Assembly: GCA_002269645.1 (NCBI GenBank)
Contig: NIVC01001263.1
Span: 186,001 to 250,000, forward strand
DNA from: Macrostomum lignano
Lineage: Eukaryota
Direction of reading: 5' to 3'
Length of the DNA: 64,000 nucleotides
In this document: positions 43,607 to 55,733 of the stretch, one piece after another
How the letters are laid out: each line of letters begins with the position of its first letter
Position numbering within the stretch: position 1 is the stretch's first letter
Notes under the pieces: model-generated
Databases searched by the model: none
Told to the model about the DNA's origin: nothing
What the model saw: only the letters and a program-made list of their open reading frames with translations
Position numbers and translations under genes: made by a program

Positions 43607-43901
43607 ATAATAATAGTAATAACAATAATAATAATTGATTACACCTGTCCTAATGGGCAGGTCAGCCACAGCTATTGCGCGGCAAATCTGAAGGCTGCGT
43701 ACGGCTGTTCAGTCCAAGGACTGGAGGGTCGCTACACACACCCTCAATTACCCCAGCTAATGCTGGCACCTAATTTACAGCTGGGTGAACTGAAGCAAGT
43801 GTATTGCTCTAGGACACAAATTGTTCCGGGTAGGTCGAGAATCGAACCCCCGACCTTTCAGTCGTGAGTTCGACGCTCTAACCACTAGGCTGCAACCCGG
43901 C
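43607..43901 (-). mobile_element. tRNA-derived SINE with conserved central domain and (TTA)-rich tail
   Basis: Minus strand: tRNA-like head with A box (GCCTAGTGG) and B box (GGTTCGATTC), then GTGTCCTAGAGCAATACACTT and CAGTTCACCCAGCTGTAAAT, resembling V-/Meta-SINE cores, then a TTA tail at 43636..43607. Confidence 0.8.
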
Positions 43902-43905
43902 GACA

Positions 43906-44127
43906 GGCTCAGTCTGAGGATCTGGGAGGGTGTCGGCTCAGTCTGAGGATCTGGGAGGGTGTCGGCTCAGTCTGAGGATCTGGGAGGGTGTCGGCTCAGT
44001 CTGAGGATCTGGGAGGGTGTCGGCTCAGTCTGAGGATCTGGGAGGGTATCGGCTCAGTCTGAGGATCTGGGAGGGTGTCGGCTCAGTCTGAGGATCTGGG
44101 AGGGTATCGGCTCAGTCTGAGGATCTG
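43906..44127. repeat. 29-bp minisatellite (GGCTCAGTCTGAGGATCTGGGAGGGTGTC)
   Basis: About 7.5 units abutting the SINE head. Confidence 0.95.
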
Positions 44128-47100
44128 GAACAGCTTTGAATCCATAGCCATCAACACGTTGTAAAAATAGGAAATAATCGTTAATTGCTTTGAATTAAAA
44201 CTAGCATATTCGATTGTCGCTACTCATAGTAGAATAGCAGTAGTAAATTAAAACAAAATTAAACACTGAAAGTCATAATATGCTCTCGGGAGAGTGAATA
44301 TATATGTGCACTTGTGGCAGGATGCCAGTCTCGGTTGGAGTCGGGGCTGCTCGGCTCTAAAAGAATTCAAGCCAGTCAATAGAAGCCAAAGCAGTATGCT
44401 GCTAGCATTAAGCCCAGGTTGAGCTGGCTTGAATCGATTATCATATCGGCAAAGCAGGGCACTGATGAGCTGCCGCATGCCCGGATCAGATTGCACAGCC
44501 GCAAGCTGAAACCAGCCAGCCATTCAATCGGCTGGGGAGACTGGGCAAAGCGGGGCCCGAATGCATTTAAACTTTGGCACTGCTCCCTCTCTCTCCCCCT
44601 GCCTTGCTCTCGTCCCCGCGTCCCCGACCGGCTATCTGTGCCATCAGCATAACTTGCCTAATTGATCTCCATCCCCCTATGCCGCAGAATGCCACAAAGT
44701 GCCACAGACCCCATCGATGGTCTTCGATATTCTCCTTAACTACACGGCTTCCTGCTGTGCCCCCCTTTTTCCCTTTTAATCCCCTCTCCTCGGGCCTAAG
44801 GCCTCTACAGCGCTTGCTGCTCCCCTTCTCCTCCTCATCCCTTCCTCCTTCCCCCTGGGGAACCCCGGCAGATTGGTCGGCGCAGCTTCTCCTCCCTTCA
44901 GCGATGGAGAGAAGGCTGGGACGATAGACTTGGAGTCGCTTTCACTCGCTATCTTTCAGCTCCATTGAGCTCGGTGTTTGCGTCTGAGCAACTCGGCTGA
45001 GGTGCAGCGCTACCTCTCTCCGAACCCGAGGAGAAAAAATGAAAAATGAAAGAAACTGTCGAGGCGACAAAAGGAAAGAAAAATTCTGGCTTAGTAAATC
45101 TCGGGGCGAATTTTTCGCTTTCCCTGCTAAGCCTGTTGAGCACATGCCAGAGTTCCCACCCGGAACAGCTCCCAGAGCAGCTCAGGCAGCAAGCTCCCCA
45201 TTCCCGTCTCGGCCTGTGAGGCACGATTTTTAAACACGAAGGCTCTTCTTCTCCAGTTTCAAGAACCCCCGAACAACCGGGAAGAATCGGTGCGAACTGC
45301 CGGCCGTGAGACTGCCCTGATCTGACTGCTCTCCTGCCTGCCAATGATAATTTTTTTCTTTCTAATTTTCTCTGACAATGTCAGCAGACGAGAGACGGCA
45401 TCTCAGCATCCCGCATCGAAGTGCGCACTAGCAGCAGAGCCCTAGTAAAAAATTCAAGAGTAGGGCCAGACTCAGCGATGACAGCTGCATCCGGTTCGAA
45501 ATTCGACGAGAATCCCCCTTTCATTTCTGCAGCTGCATCTTCGCCTCTGACAGAAGACACGCGGTAACGAACTAGAAATTCAGCAGGAAATTTGCATCTC
45601 TTACATGCGGCCGCGTTTTGCCAGAAAGTCTGTCCTGCACATTCACCAATTCGAGTTCAGGCAGCACTTTTGTGACAAAGCGGCCACTTCTATTTGAACA
45701 CCCGGTGGTCAGCAGAGTCCCAGGGAAAACTGGGATTCCCGGAAAGCTTTGCAAAACCGCGCCGGGACACGTGGGCGAAAACGTAATAAACAAAATCAAT
45801 TTAATCCATCAATCAATACACTCATTCCCCTTAAACCCCGCCGCTACTGCCTTACGCTCTCTAACTCTTCCCATGCAGCTCCGCCTGCCCCCCAGTCCCC
45901 AGCCTCCCCCCCCTCGCTCCGCCTGCCGCCATCGAGAGAGAGAGAGAGAGAGGCGGGATTGTAAACAAACTATTATTTATTATTTATGCGGCCCAGACTC
46001 TTCACCATGTGGCTTCTGCGGGTAGGGAAAAACCAGGAATCGTGCGCCTAGATAGAAGGAGACGAAGGGGCGGATCTGGTTACTGTCGAAAATAGTTCGA
46101 CGCCTTCCTCAGATCTCCCCCCGACCTTAGCCTGCGCGCTCGTGGAACATTAGTGCAGACTGTGTGGGCAGCCACTGGGCATCAAATCCTACTACCTAGC
46201 AAATTTCCTGCCTCAGAGTTGAGCTGCATGACGTTGCCCTCGCGTGAGTACAAGGCAAAGCATTGACCAGAAACGTTGCATGCGGATGCTTGAGACACAC
46301 AGGCCGGGCAACCAATAGAGAAGCCTCTCTTTGAGCTCTGACGGCTGTCCTCACCAGGCGCTATGCATAAGGATCGATTTATCCCGTTTTTCCCACCCCT
46401 CGGGCAGCACGGGAGCAGCGCAGAAGTTGGACAATTTGTGCACAGCCAACAAAAAAGAAGCCGGTTTCGCCGCGCATCTCGCATCGATTCGGTCGCCGCT
46501 ACAGCACGATTGCAGAGAGCCACGCCCACTGCGCTGCTCCCATCTGATGCGCAAAAAAATTTACGTATCTGCGACTGTCACTGACTGGCCCTGTTAAAGT
46601 GGCTGCCGACTTAGCAGTCAGCAAGACGCTGCGAGAACATGGGAGATTTCCACGCAGGGTTTGCGGACGGATTGGATTCCAGAGCAGCGACCCGAATCCT
46701 GCATTCGATAATCCCCCCGACCCCCGACGGATCGCGGCAGATAAGGCGCGTGTAGACTGAACAGCAGAGAACCCTGGCCGGCTGGGAAAAAGTGCGAGTG
46801 GGCGAGCGAGAGAGAGGGAGAAAGGGAAAATGGTAAAACGGAAGCAAATAAAAAAGGCTGGAAGGATTCGCCATCGCATCGGTAGCCCGAAAGAATAGCG
46901 AAAATAAAATCTAGGAGATAAAAATTGATGAAGCGGGAAGTCCCATGACCAGGGGTAAAAAAATATTTGATGGGCTAATCTCTGAGGACAAAAATACTGC
47001 TGAGTGAAGCGATTTTTATCTAAACAACTGCCATAATCCCGGTACACTTGCCTCGTTCGCCCGCCCGGCCACTGCAGGCGTACTGAACACTCGGCCAGCT

Positions 47101-48051
47101 GTGGCAGAGAGCTGGGGCTCCCCTAGCTGGTGGTGTCAGCGAGAGTGAAAGCAATTGCCTTTGAACGGACGTGGGCCAAATCGGGTAGAGAGGTTAAGCG
47201 AGAGACTCGGGCCTATGGAGCCGCGTCAGTCAGGATCTTCGTGTCAGCCGATTTGGCCTGCAGGCCCGGGAGCCGAGGGGAAGAGGGAGGACAAACGAGA
47301 GAGATAAGCCTGCGGGACCGGATCGGGTTTAATAGACTGCTAGATGGCGCCGCCACAGGCAGCAAAGAACCCTTGGACAAGCTCTGGTCCCCCATTCTCC
47401 CCCTACCCGCTCCCGCTCCTCCTGCTGTTCTTCTTCAGCTTCAACAAGAGACCCGCTGGGATGAAGAACTTAAAGAGAGGACACGCGAGTGGCGGCAAGA
47501 AGGGGCGGTTTGCGGCTACCGCAGCTACATATTTACGCACATATCTACGTCGTTAGAGATCCCGCCTGTCCCATCGGAGAATGGGGAAATCTAATGGAGC
47601 TGCTGCTGCAGTGCAGTTGACACGTGGAAAAATAGAAGAGCGAAGGAAGCTACTGAGGTTGAAGACGAAAGTAGGAGAAGAGAGAGGAAGAAATTCTATA
47701 CGGACAAGAAGGAAAGTAAAGGAGAGAGAGGTTAAAAAGAGAAAGGAAGAATTATGAGGGAGACCATGGCTCAACCGTGCAGCCAATGGAGTTTCCTCGG
47801 CGCTCTACTAACCACCCCAGCCAGAGCAGCGCGGAGATGAATGTACGGCTTGCCTAACTGGCCTATATTTTGCGGCCCTGCCTCACGCAATTCAGCTACT
47901 CTTCCTTTCAACCTGCTTCTGCAGCGCCGGTCTTGTATCGTTAGAGGACGCGTAAAAGGGAGAGGGACAGGTTTGCAGAAAAAAACACGGGTAGGGGTGA
48001 CGGAGATTCACCCTAACGGCGGCGCCCCGGCAAAACAATGAGATCAGCGCA

Positions 48052-49755
48052 ATGACGACTACAGTGCACCGGGAAGACATTGCTTACGACATCGGCCCCT
48101 GCCTGGGCAAGGGTGGATTCGGCGTCTGCTACAAGGCGATTGAGAGACCGCCCGGTGACAGCGCTGAGAGGGTAGTGGCAGTGAAGAAGATCAGCTTGCG
48201 CATGATCCAGCAGGCCTCAAAAGAGCCCTACCTGCAGTACGAGGTCGACATCCACAGTCGGCTAAGGCATCGCAACGTGGTCGAATTGTACGCCAACTTT
48301 GTTTACGACGACTTCATATACTTTGTGCTGGAATACTGCAACAAAAAGTCTCTGGCTGATATGATTGTCCACCTAACCTGCCTGTCGTTAGACCTGGCTG
48401 CCTACTATTTCACCCAGTTAATTACCGGCCTGCGTTACCTGCACAGTTGCAACATCCTACACCGCGATCTCAAACTAAGCAACATCCTGGTAGACGTAAA
48501 TGATGTTATAAAGATTACAGACTTCGGCTTGTCATGCACAGTTACTAGAAGCTATCTGGAGCGGCACTTGGCCTGTGGCACGCCCAACTACCTCAGCCCA
48601 GAGGTGCTACTGCGTCAAGGTCACACAACCAAGAGCGACATCTGGTCCTGTGGCGTGGTGCTATACACACTGTTTGGCGGACTGCCACCGTTCCAGATGG
48701 ACGAGCTTGCCGATATTTACCGGTGCATCGTGACAGGTAGCTACGAGTTCACTCGACACCACACAGACGAACATCTGCGGGACCTGGTGGCTCGAATGTT
48801 GCACCTAGACCCGGAGGAGCGGCCGGAACTTGACGAGATTGAGCGGCACCAGTTCTGCAGCTACAGCCAGCAGTATGAGAGTCGGCTGATCAGCGATGCC
48901 AAGGACTCAGTCGGCTGTGTGCACCTGAGATATGCAGCGAGCACCCGATTATTTCCAAAGAGTCTCACATGCGTTTTAAACGGTAAGGGAAAAACGGTAG
49001 CGACTGATGCAACGGTCAGCAACAGTAACGGCAGGAAACGGTTCAAAATTGACTCGGTTGCTTCCACCAGTGCCACCACTGTGATCGACCTCCGTCTAGC
49101 AAGGATATCGGCCTTGCTGCGCTATTTTCGGACGGCACCAGCGTGGGGCAAGCTGGCGACTGACTTTGGCCAATCTTGGCTCACCTGGTGGCGCGACAAG
49201 ACCTCCACTTGCGGCTTCTACTATCAGCTGTCTGATGGCTACAACTGTGTCTTGTATAATGACGCAACCAGCTTCCTTCAGAACACGGGCACTGGCCAGG
49301 CTTACTATGTCAGCGGACAGGTCTGCACCGAAGACAATTCAGCCAAACGGTCCACCGAGATGCCAGTGGAGCTGACGCGGACTTCGAGTGGTTCAGTCAG
49401 CAGATTCTACGAGCCTCTGGCCCAGGACTTGACCGAGGAGCTCCAGGATGTGCCCAGCAGCAACCTGATGCGGGAGCAGGTCAGCTGGGTGAGCCAAGGC
49501 ACCGGAACTGTACACTACCTGCGCAGCTGGTCAAAGCACTGCGGTGGTACCTATCATGTCTTTCACCTGTCAGACGAATCAGTGCAGGTAAACTTCGCCG
49601 GCTCCTATCTGCTGCGGGTGTGCGGCAGTCTGTGCTACTTCTACCAGCCAGCTAGAAAAGGCTTCGTATTCGAGACTAAATCGGTCGAGGACTGGTGCTC
49701 GCAGGATGTCAACGGCGAACTTGTTGACGTGCTCTGCAGCATCTTCCTTGATTAA
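48052..49755 (+). CDS. PLK: Divergent Polo-like kinase (kinase domain plus two polo boxes), intronless, 567 aa
   Basis: GKGGFGVC, VAVK, EVDIH, HRDLKLSN, DFG, CGTPNYLSPE, DIWSCG. PB1 WLTWWRDKTSTCGFYYQLSDG..VLYND; PB2 YLRSW..HLSDESVQVNF. AATAAA at 49947. Confidence 0.93.
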   Translation: MTTTVHREDIAYDIGPCLGKGGFGVCYKAIERPPGDSAERVVAVKKISLRMIQQASKEPYLQYEVDIHSRLRHRNVVELYANFVYDDFIYFVLEYCNKKSLADMIVHLTCLSLDLAAYYFTQLITGLRYLHSCNILHRDLKLSNILVDVNDVIKITDFGLSCTVTRSYLERHLACGTPNYLSPEVLLRQGHTTKSDIWSCGVVLYTLFGGLPPFQMDELADIYRCIVTGSYEFTRHHTDEHLRDLVARMLHLDPEERPELDEIERHQFCSYSQQYESRLISDAKDSVGCVHLRYAASTRLFPKSLTCVLNGKGKTVATDATVSNSNGRKRFKIDSVASTSATTVIDLRLARISALLRYFRTAPAWGKLATDFGQSWLTWWRDKTSTCGFYYQLSDGYNCVLYNDATSFLQNTGTGQAYYVSGQVCTEDNSAKRSTEMPVELTRTSSGSVSRFYEPLAQDLTEELQDVPSSNLMREQVSWVSQGTGTVHYLRSWSKHCGGTYHVFHLSDESVQVNFAGSYLLRVCGSLCYFYQPARKGFVFETKSVEDWCSQDVNGELVDVLCSIFLD

Positions 49756-51920
49756 TCAGTCAACACTAACTGGATAGAAATTGAATGTACCAAGGTGCAG
49801 CCAAACGGACTAACCGCGTTGCAAAGCCAGAGTTTGATCAAATAGAAGCACTGGGACAGCCTGGCTTATTAGCGCATATTCACTGTATTTGACTGGACAC
49901 TCTAATCTGACTAATGCTCCATCAGCTTTCCATGTACAAATATTGAAATAAACAAAGTGCGCTGCATTTTGCGTCAAATTGTGTTTCAAGTCGACTCTCT
50001 CTCTCTCTCTCTCTCTCACGCCTTTCAGCTTAGTTCCAAAAACGCATTAGCTCATTGATTTTTAACCTAGCACTCAATCATTGTTACACGTGCTAATGCA
50101 TACATTTCTACTGGCCGAGGTGTTAAGCCTGCTAGCCTAAGCTGCTCCTGCTCTGCGGGGCGCAGCTGCTCACCCTGCAGCCAGCTCTGGTCAACAATTC
50201 CAGGGCATCTCCTGCCCCCCTTCATTTCTCTCCGTATCCGCCCGTGCAATGGCGGCTTGGCTTTCCCCCCAAAAGGTGAGAATAAACTGTACAGCTCTGA
50301 AGTGGGACTCCTTATTTGCATCCCCGTCTCAGCCCACTCCGACGCCGCCGCCGCCCTGCTCTGCCTCTTGGTAAACCCCAACGGTCAAAGCTGTGGATCT
50401 GCAGGCGTAGAGAAAAGCACGGACACGAGAGCGTATGGCTCATCAATTTCAGGTGGATGCAGCCTGGGTAATGCAGTAAAAAGCGCGCACTACATTAGTC
50501 CTGACTTGGCTCTCATCCAAAGCCAAGGTACAGTACAAGTTGTAAAACTCTATTAGCACGTCGAAACTAGATTTTAAAAAAACTTTGTGACAAATCAATA
50601 TATAATTATTGCAGAAAAAATAGTTAACTAAATGAATTATAATTATTTAGTAAGAAAACCAGGCATAAAACCAGCATGACTTGCTACTAACAGTAGTAAG
50701 AGAGGAATTCTTGAAATGTTAAATCAAAATGAAAGTTTTAATTTTCTAAGAAGAAACAACTGAGAAAGCATATAGAGTAGGAAAACTAGGAGAAAAAGTT
50801 TTATTATTAGTGTGTTTAAACCCAGATTGACAAATATAAGTCCAAAAGTCCAAACAAAAGTCCATGGTTATAGGAAAGTCTACAAAACATTTGAACCTTT
50901 TGATCTTCAACAATAGATAAATAAATTATATCACCTTTTAACATGTGATCTAAATAATAAACCAGAAAATTGATAGCACATTCCTATTCAAAATCAACAA
51001 TAAAAACTGATATATTCATTGGTATATACAGCACAAAAAGGGAATGAAACAGTCAATGTAGAACCATTATGATCTAGCTAGCTACCTAAAGTCTTTTCTT
51101 TTTTGTACTTAGCAGAAAAATTATTTTTTAGAAGATTATGAATATATTACTTTTGCACTAGAAGGTGGTAAATAATAGCAATACCAACAGCTGGACAATT
51201 TTACTTTATATAGGCTTAGCCTATATTAGACTGCAGTGGAGTATTGACTCAAGACTTTATTGATAATAGGACTAAGAAATCTCATTGAAGATAAAAAAGA
51301 CAAATTAACAAACTGAAGGTAAAATATAAAGTGTAGTGTAATTGAAATGGTGTAAAATAAATTATCAATCTAACTATTTAACTAATAGATACTATCTAAC
51401 TGTTATATATAAAAACTTAAAATTACCAGAAAAAAAACTTTTTTATTTGTTGATTAAACAGTACTGTCAGGGATACAATGGAAAGCTGTGCAACTCTACA
51501 ATCTTAAAAAATTGGTTAGATTTTATTTAGTAACTAAATTTCTCAAAATACGTATTTACAATAGAATTATTAAATAGGCACAATATATAATCATCTATGG
51601 ATGAATTTTATCCTGCTTTTTTTCACTAACGAGGCTAGAAGACCGAGTTTAGTTTACTTTAAGGAGTTCTGATCGATTTCATGGAAAACAAAGAAGTCAA
51701 ATATGCGCTGGTTTTATTTTCAAAAAGTGCATTTCAGTCGTCGATTTAACATCCTTCCTTGCTCAAGAATAATCGCAAAAATGAATTTTGGGTTGCATTC
51801 TTGCTTCCCTGCCTAACCATTTAAAGTTGTAGACAGGATTTTTCTATTTCAATTCGCAATCACAACCTCCTGGATCGTACTGAGATACAGAATAAACCGA
51901 TACAAAGCCCATAGGGATAG

Positions 51921-51968
51921 CGACGTTTGCCTGCGGGACGTTTGCTAGCCGACGTTTGCCAGCCAACA
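51921..51968 (-). repeat. Short inverted copy of the 14-bp GGCAAACGTCGGCT array
   Basis: CGACGTTTGCC units are reverse-complementary to the 52801..53052 array. Confidence 0.75.
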
Positions 51969-52800
51969 TTAAGTCAGTGAGAGAAAAATTTGATACTGAA
52001 ATATTCGCAGTTTAGCGGGTTGAAAAAGTTTTTTTTAGTCCAAATTTTTGACGGTTGTTCGCATGTATAAAAGTTCGAAAACAAAATCTATACAAATTAT
52101 GCAGTTCATCAATCTAACATCCAGTTTAACAACAATTTCTTTGAATGTGAAAATATTATAAAGTTTACTTCTGACAGTTTTGTATCGCTTTTCCCAGTTT
52201 GAGATGTTTGATTTTTGATTTGCAAATGAAGACACGCAAATTTAAACGGGAATCTCCAGCGAGCGAAGTTTTGAGCCAATAAAAGAACTGCTGAACGATA
52301 ATTCTGGCTTATATATTTCCCAGTTCATTGGGAGATCCAAAAGCGAATTAATTCCAATGCAGCTTGTCAAGTGCACGCTGTCATGGCCAAACTCCGTTAA
52401 GCAGAGTTTGGCTTTTGAGTTAAGTATATATAGGCGAGACTAGGCCAATACCATTATGGATGTCTCAGTCTTTTCCCATTTAGCTTGTAAACACTTAGCT
52501 TGTTTGGCCACTGAGATGGAAAGGGCCATTCCATGGCATACATAGACACCAACTGTGTCTATGTAACGGTGTAAAGGATGTAACGATGGAAACTCCTATT
52601 TTGTATTTTTACCTTCCTATTTAGGCAGACAAGAGCAATAACTTCAATAAGCCTGAACAGTAGTTTGTTAGTAACCTGTATATTTAATAGCAGTAGCACG
52701 GAGCGAGTTGGAATTAGATTAGTGCTGTGTCCACAGTTTTCAAATGCAAGTACATGTAAGCCTAGAGAGGGCAGACTTCTTTAACCAATTGCCGCCTGCA

Positions 52801-53052
52801 AATGTCCGGCTGGCAAACGTCGGCTGGCAAACGTCGGCTGGCAAAAGTCTCGCAGGCAAACGTCGGCTGGCAAATGTCGGCTGGCAAACGTCCCGCAGGC
52901 AAACGTCGGCTGGCAAATGTCCCGCTGGCCAACGTCGGCTGGCAAACGTCGGCTGGCAAAAGTCTCGCAGGCAAACGTCGGATGGCAAACGTCGGCTGGC
53001 AAACGTCGGCTGGCAAACGTCGGCTGGCAAACGTCGGCTGGCAAACGTCGGT
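52801..53052 (+). repeat. 14-bp minisatellite (GGCAAACGTCGGCT)
   Basis: About 17 units with variants. Confidence 0.92.
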
Positions 53053-55419
53053 TGAGACTGTCACTGAAGTTTTCAAAGCCAATCAAAGATATGATAGTGC
53101 CAACACAGACCTCTTAATTATAGTGACGATTACAGTAGCAACCTTTGAAAACTACACTTCAAGTATATCTAACCAGGTTTTAATGAGTGGAAAATTAAAA
53201 GTACAATTGCAAAATGTTACTTGACATGTACATGTAACACACGGTCACAACTGTTAAAGTTATAAAATATCTTATAATGATTCAGATTGATAATGTATGC
53301 TAATAGGAGCTCATCATTTATCATGTATGCGCCATTAGTTCAGTCTTGTAGCTCATATTAATTAAATCAACTGAGCTTCGCCAGGTTTTCATTGGCCCAC
53401 TGAAGATGGCATTCATTGGCAGATGAAGTCAAATCCGAAATCGGCCGTTCCTGTCGCACTGCAGGGCAAATGTCTCTGCTGCACGAAGCTGATGTGGCCC
53501 AAGGCTTGCCAATTTGCTGCCTGGCTAAGCTTTGGGGCCAGTTGAAGGAGTTCACACTGACGCAGTGGCAGGCCAGCCCCTCAGCCAGGCTCTGGTACCG
53601 GTACGTCGAGAACTCCACTGTGCTCAGCAGGCCGATCAGGTCGAGAGACCACGCAAATTTTGTGCCGGCGGCCTTTCGTTAAAGCATCGAGTAGCACTTT
53701 TGTTGTGCTACAGGCCGGATCGCGACTCTGATTATCTCATTGAACGAGCCGAAGATGGCGTCAATCAACTGGCCGGACTGACTTCGGACTCTGCGGGGGA
53801 TCGCATCAGGAGACTTAATCAGCCCGTCCCTATTGCACGGATTAATTCCCGCCAGTCTCTCATGCAGATAAGAAAGACACGCGACTCACTCTGTTTCTTC
53901 GGGTAACCGCGTGGCGGCAGCAGGGGTGGCTTCTGTCAATTTCTGGCGAACGTTTAAGCACAGCCTGACTTCTGAGTAAATTCAGTTTAGTAAGTTTAGC
54001 GTTGTAATTGCGTCTTGCACAACTCAACCAAGCCGATGCCTCCCTTATTGCCGCTCCTGCATATATTTATATTCGCGCTAGCTGGTTAAGGCCTGGGCCC
54101 AGGCCCAGCTAGCCAAAATGATGAGTCTATAAAAGTCTTACAAGGTCGTACAAAGCCGGGGTCGCGATTGGAGGAGAAAAACACAAACCGATTGGCTGGA
54201 CCGCCAGCCAATCGCAGGGCAAGGGAGGGGCGCACCGGGGCCGCAGCCAGCCAAAACCGGCTGGCCCATACAGACAGCGGGGGTGGGTGCAGCTGGGGGG
54301 GGGGTTGGCGCAGACAGAATGGGGGGGTTGGCGCAGGCAGAATGGGGGGGTTGGCGCAGGCATGCGGCCGGGAGGGGTGGGAGTGCAGTGCCGGACACAC
54401 TTGACCGAGAGCCAGAGATTGCTCATCGGTGCAAGTGCACCCGGGCACAACACTTTCTTGGCCACAATTGCTGAAATCGAACCTGCATGGTGGATTCCTC
54501 TCGAAATTCTTTGAAGCTTTCTTCAGAATTGCTATTGGTCACGACTCACGGTTGGGATATAGAATAGAATATAGAATATGTCCTAGGTGTAGAACATTAC
54601 GCCGGACGGTAGCTTGTATTCCAGGCTGTAAATCAGGTCAGTTTAACACAATGGCTGCATCGGTTTTATCATGGTTGATAGATTTACCTAAGCTGAGCTA
54701 TTTCATAGATTAGGAACCATGCGGCCAACAGATTTCATGGCGTTGTGACGATGTCGTTATGTTATAATATTTTTAGTTTTTATCCGTTTTTTTATTGTAC
54801 CTAAATTGATTTTTATGGGGTTAGGGATATGGGGTTAGGGGGAAAGCGTTTCTTATGTTTAGTTCTAGGAAAATTCTGTATATTATTTTATCTACTGTTC
54901 TATTATTTTGGTTACCACTTTTTTCAGTAAGGATTGGAGGTTTTAGTGGGTCAGTTTTGGCGCGGTTTTGAGTGCGGGTGTTTCGTGTTTTTTTGGTGTA
55001 GGCGCAAGTCCTCTCCCTTCTCGCGCTCGGCGTGCCTCGTAATCGTGTTCCGGTGCTAGCTACAGGCTTTAGAGCCAACCCAAACCGATTTAGACCTTTA
55101 ATTTTCAATTATCCAGCAGTTTGGTCACCAGACTAGACAGTTTTGACTTAACTTAATTATGGGCATTAAAATTAGACATTAGTAACTTAACTGCCGCCAA
55201 AATTGTACTCTAATAATTTTATAGTTGATATTATAGCCTCAGGAGAATCTATTATGCTCCTATTGATATTAATGTGCTACAAATCAAATAAATAACCTGG
55301 AATAATTTACTTATAAATAATCAGAGTGGATATTACCCTTGAATTAATTTAATAGCTAAATTGATTCATTATTATTTATTTTATTTGAGCTGAACTGAGT
55401 GCTCTGCGACAGCGTACAT

Positions 55420-55456
55420 CAGAGGTCATCAAACATTTTTCCTCAAGGGCCAGATG
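55420..55456 (+). mobile_element. hAT/Charlie-like transposon terminal remnant
   Basis: CAGAGGTCATCAAACATTTTTCCTCAAGGGCCAGATG resembles the recalled Charlie/MER58-type end (CAGGGGTCGGCAAACTTTTT..AAGGGCCAGAT). No partner end was found. Confidence 0.5.
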
Positions 55457-55733
55457 CCTAAGCTCATGCCTAATCTAGAAAAATAACCTGTAAGAGCGTA
55501 CGGTTGCATTTCTAATAAATTAGAGTGCGTACACAAGAGAGCTAAAAAAATCACACTGTTTATTAATGAATTTCATCTACATCTGTTTCGATTGCAATGA
55601 ATAGATCTAATTTCGCGTGGATAATTATATAGTTACAGACTATTGATATTCTATGAGAATTTTAAAAACCAAAAGAATAAGTCTAAAATTTATAAAACAG
55701 AAAGCTTACTGACGAAGCTCGACATTCAAGCGC

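Noticed and set aside
43826-43901. tRNA-Val(CAC)-like sequence
   Set aside because: The anticodon and D stems do not pair, and it runs into a SINE body and tail; it is treated as a SINE head, not a tRNA gene.
47130-47594. 154-aa ORF upstream of the PLK, considered as part of a viral or Polinton-like insertion carrying the kinase
   Set aside because: It has no ATG start and no recognisable domain, no terminal repeats or viral hallmark genes flank the region, and the flanking (GA)n/(CT)n tracts share no adjacent homology.
50560-51630. Strongly AT-rich island
   Set aside because: No ORF, repeat structure or termini were found; this is ordinary intergenic composition.
54815-54845. Two GGGGTTAGGG telomere-like motifs
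   Set aside because: There are only two isolated units, too little to call an interstitial telomere or a Helitron/Helentron.
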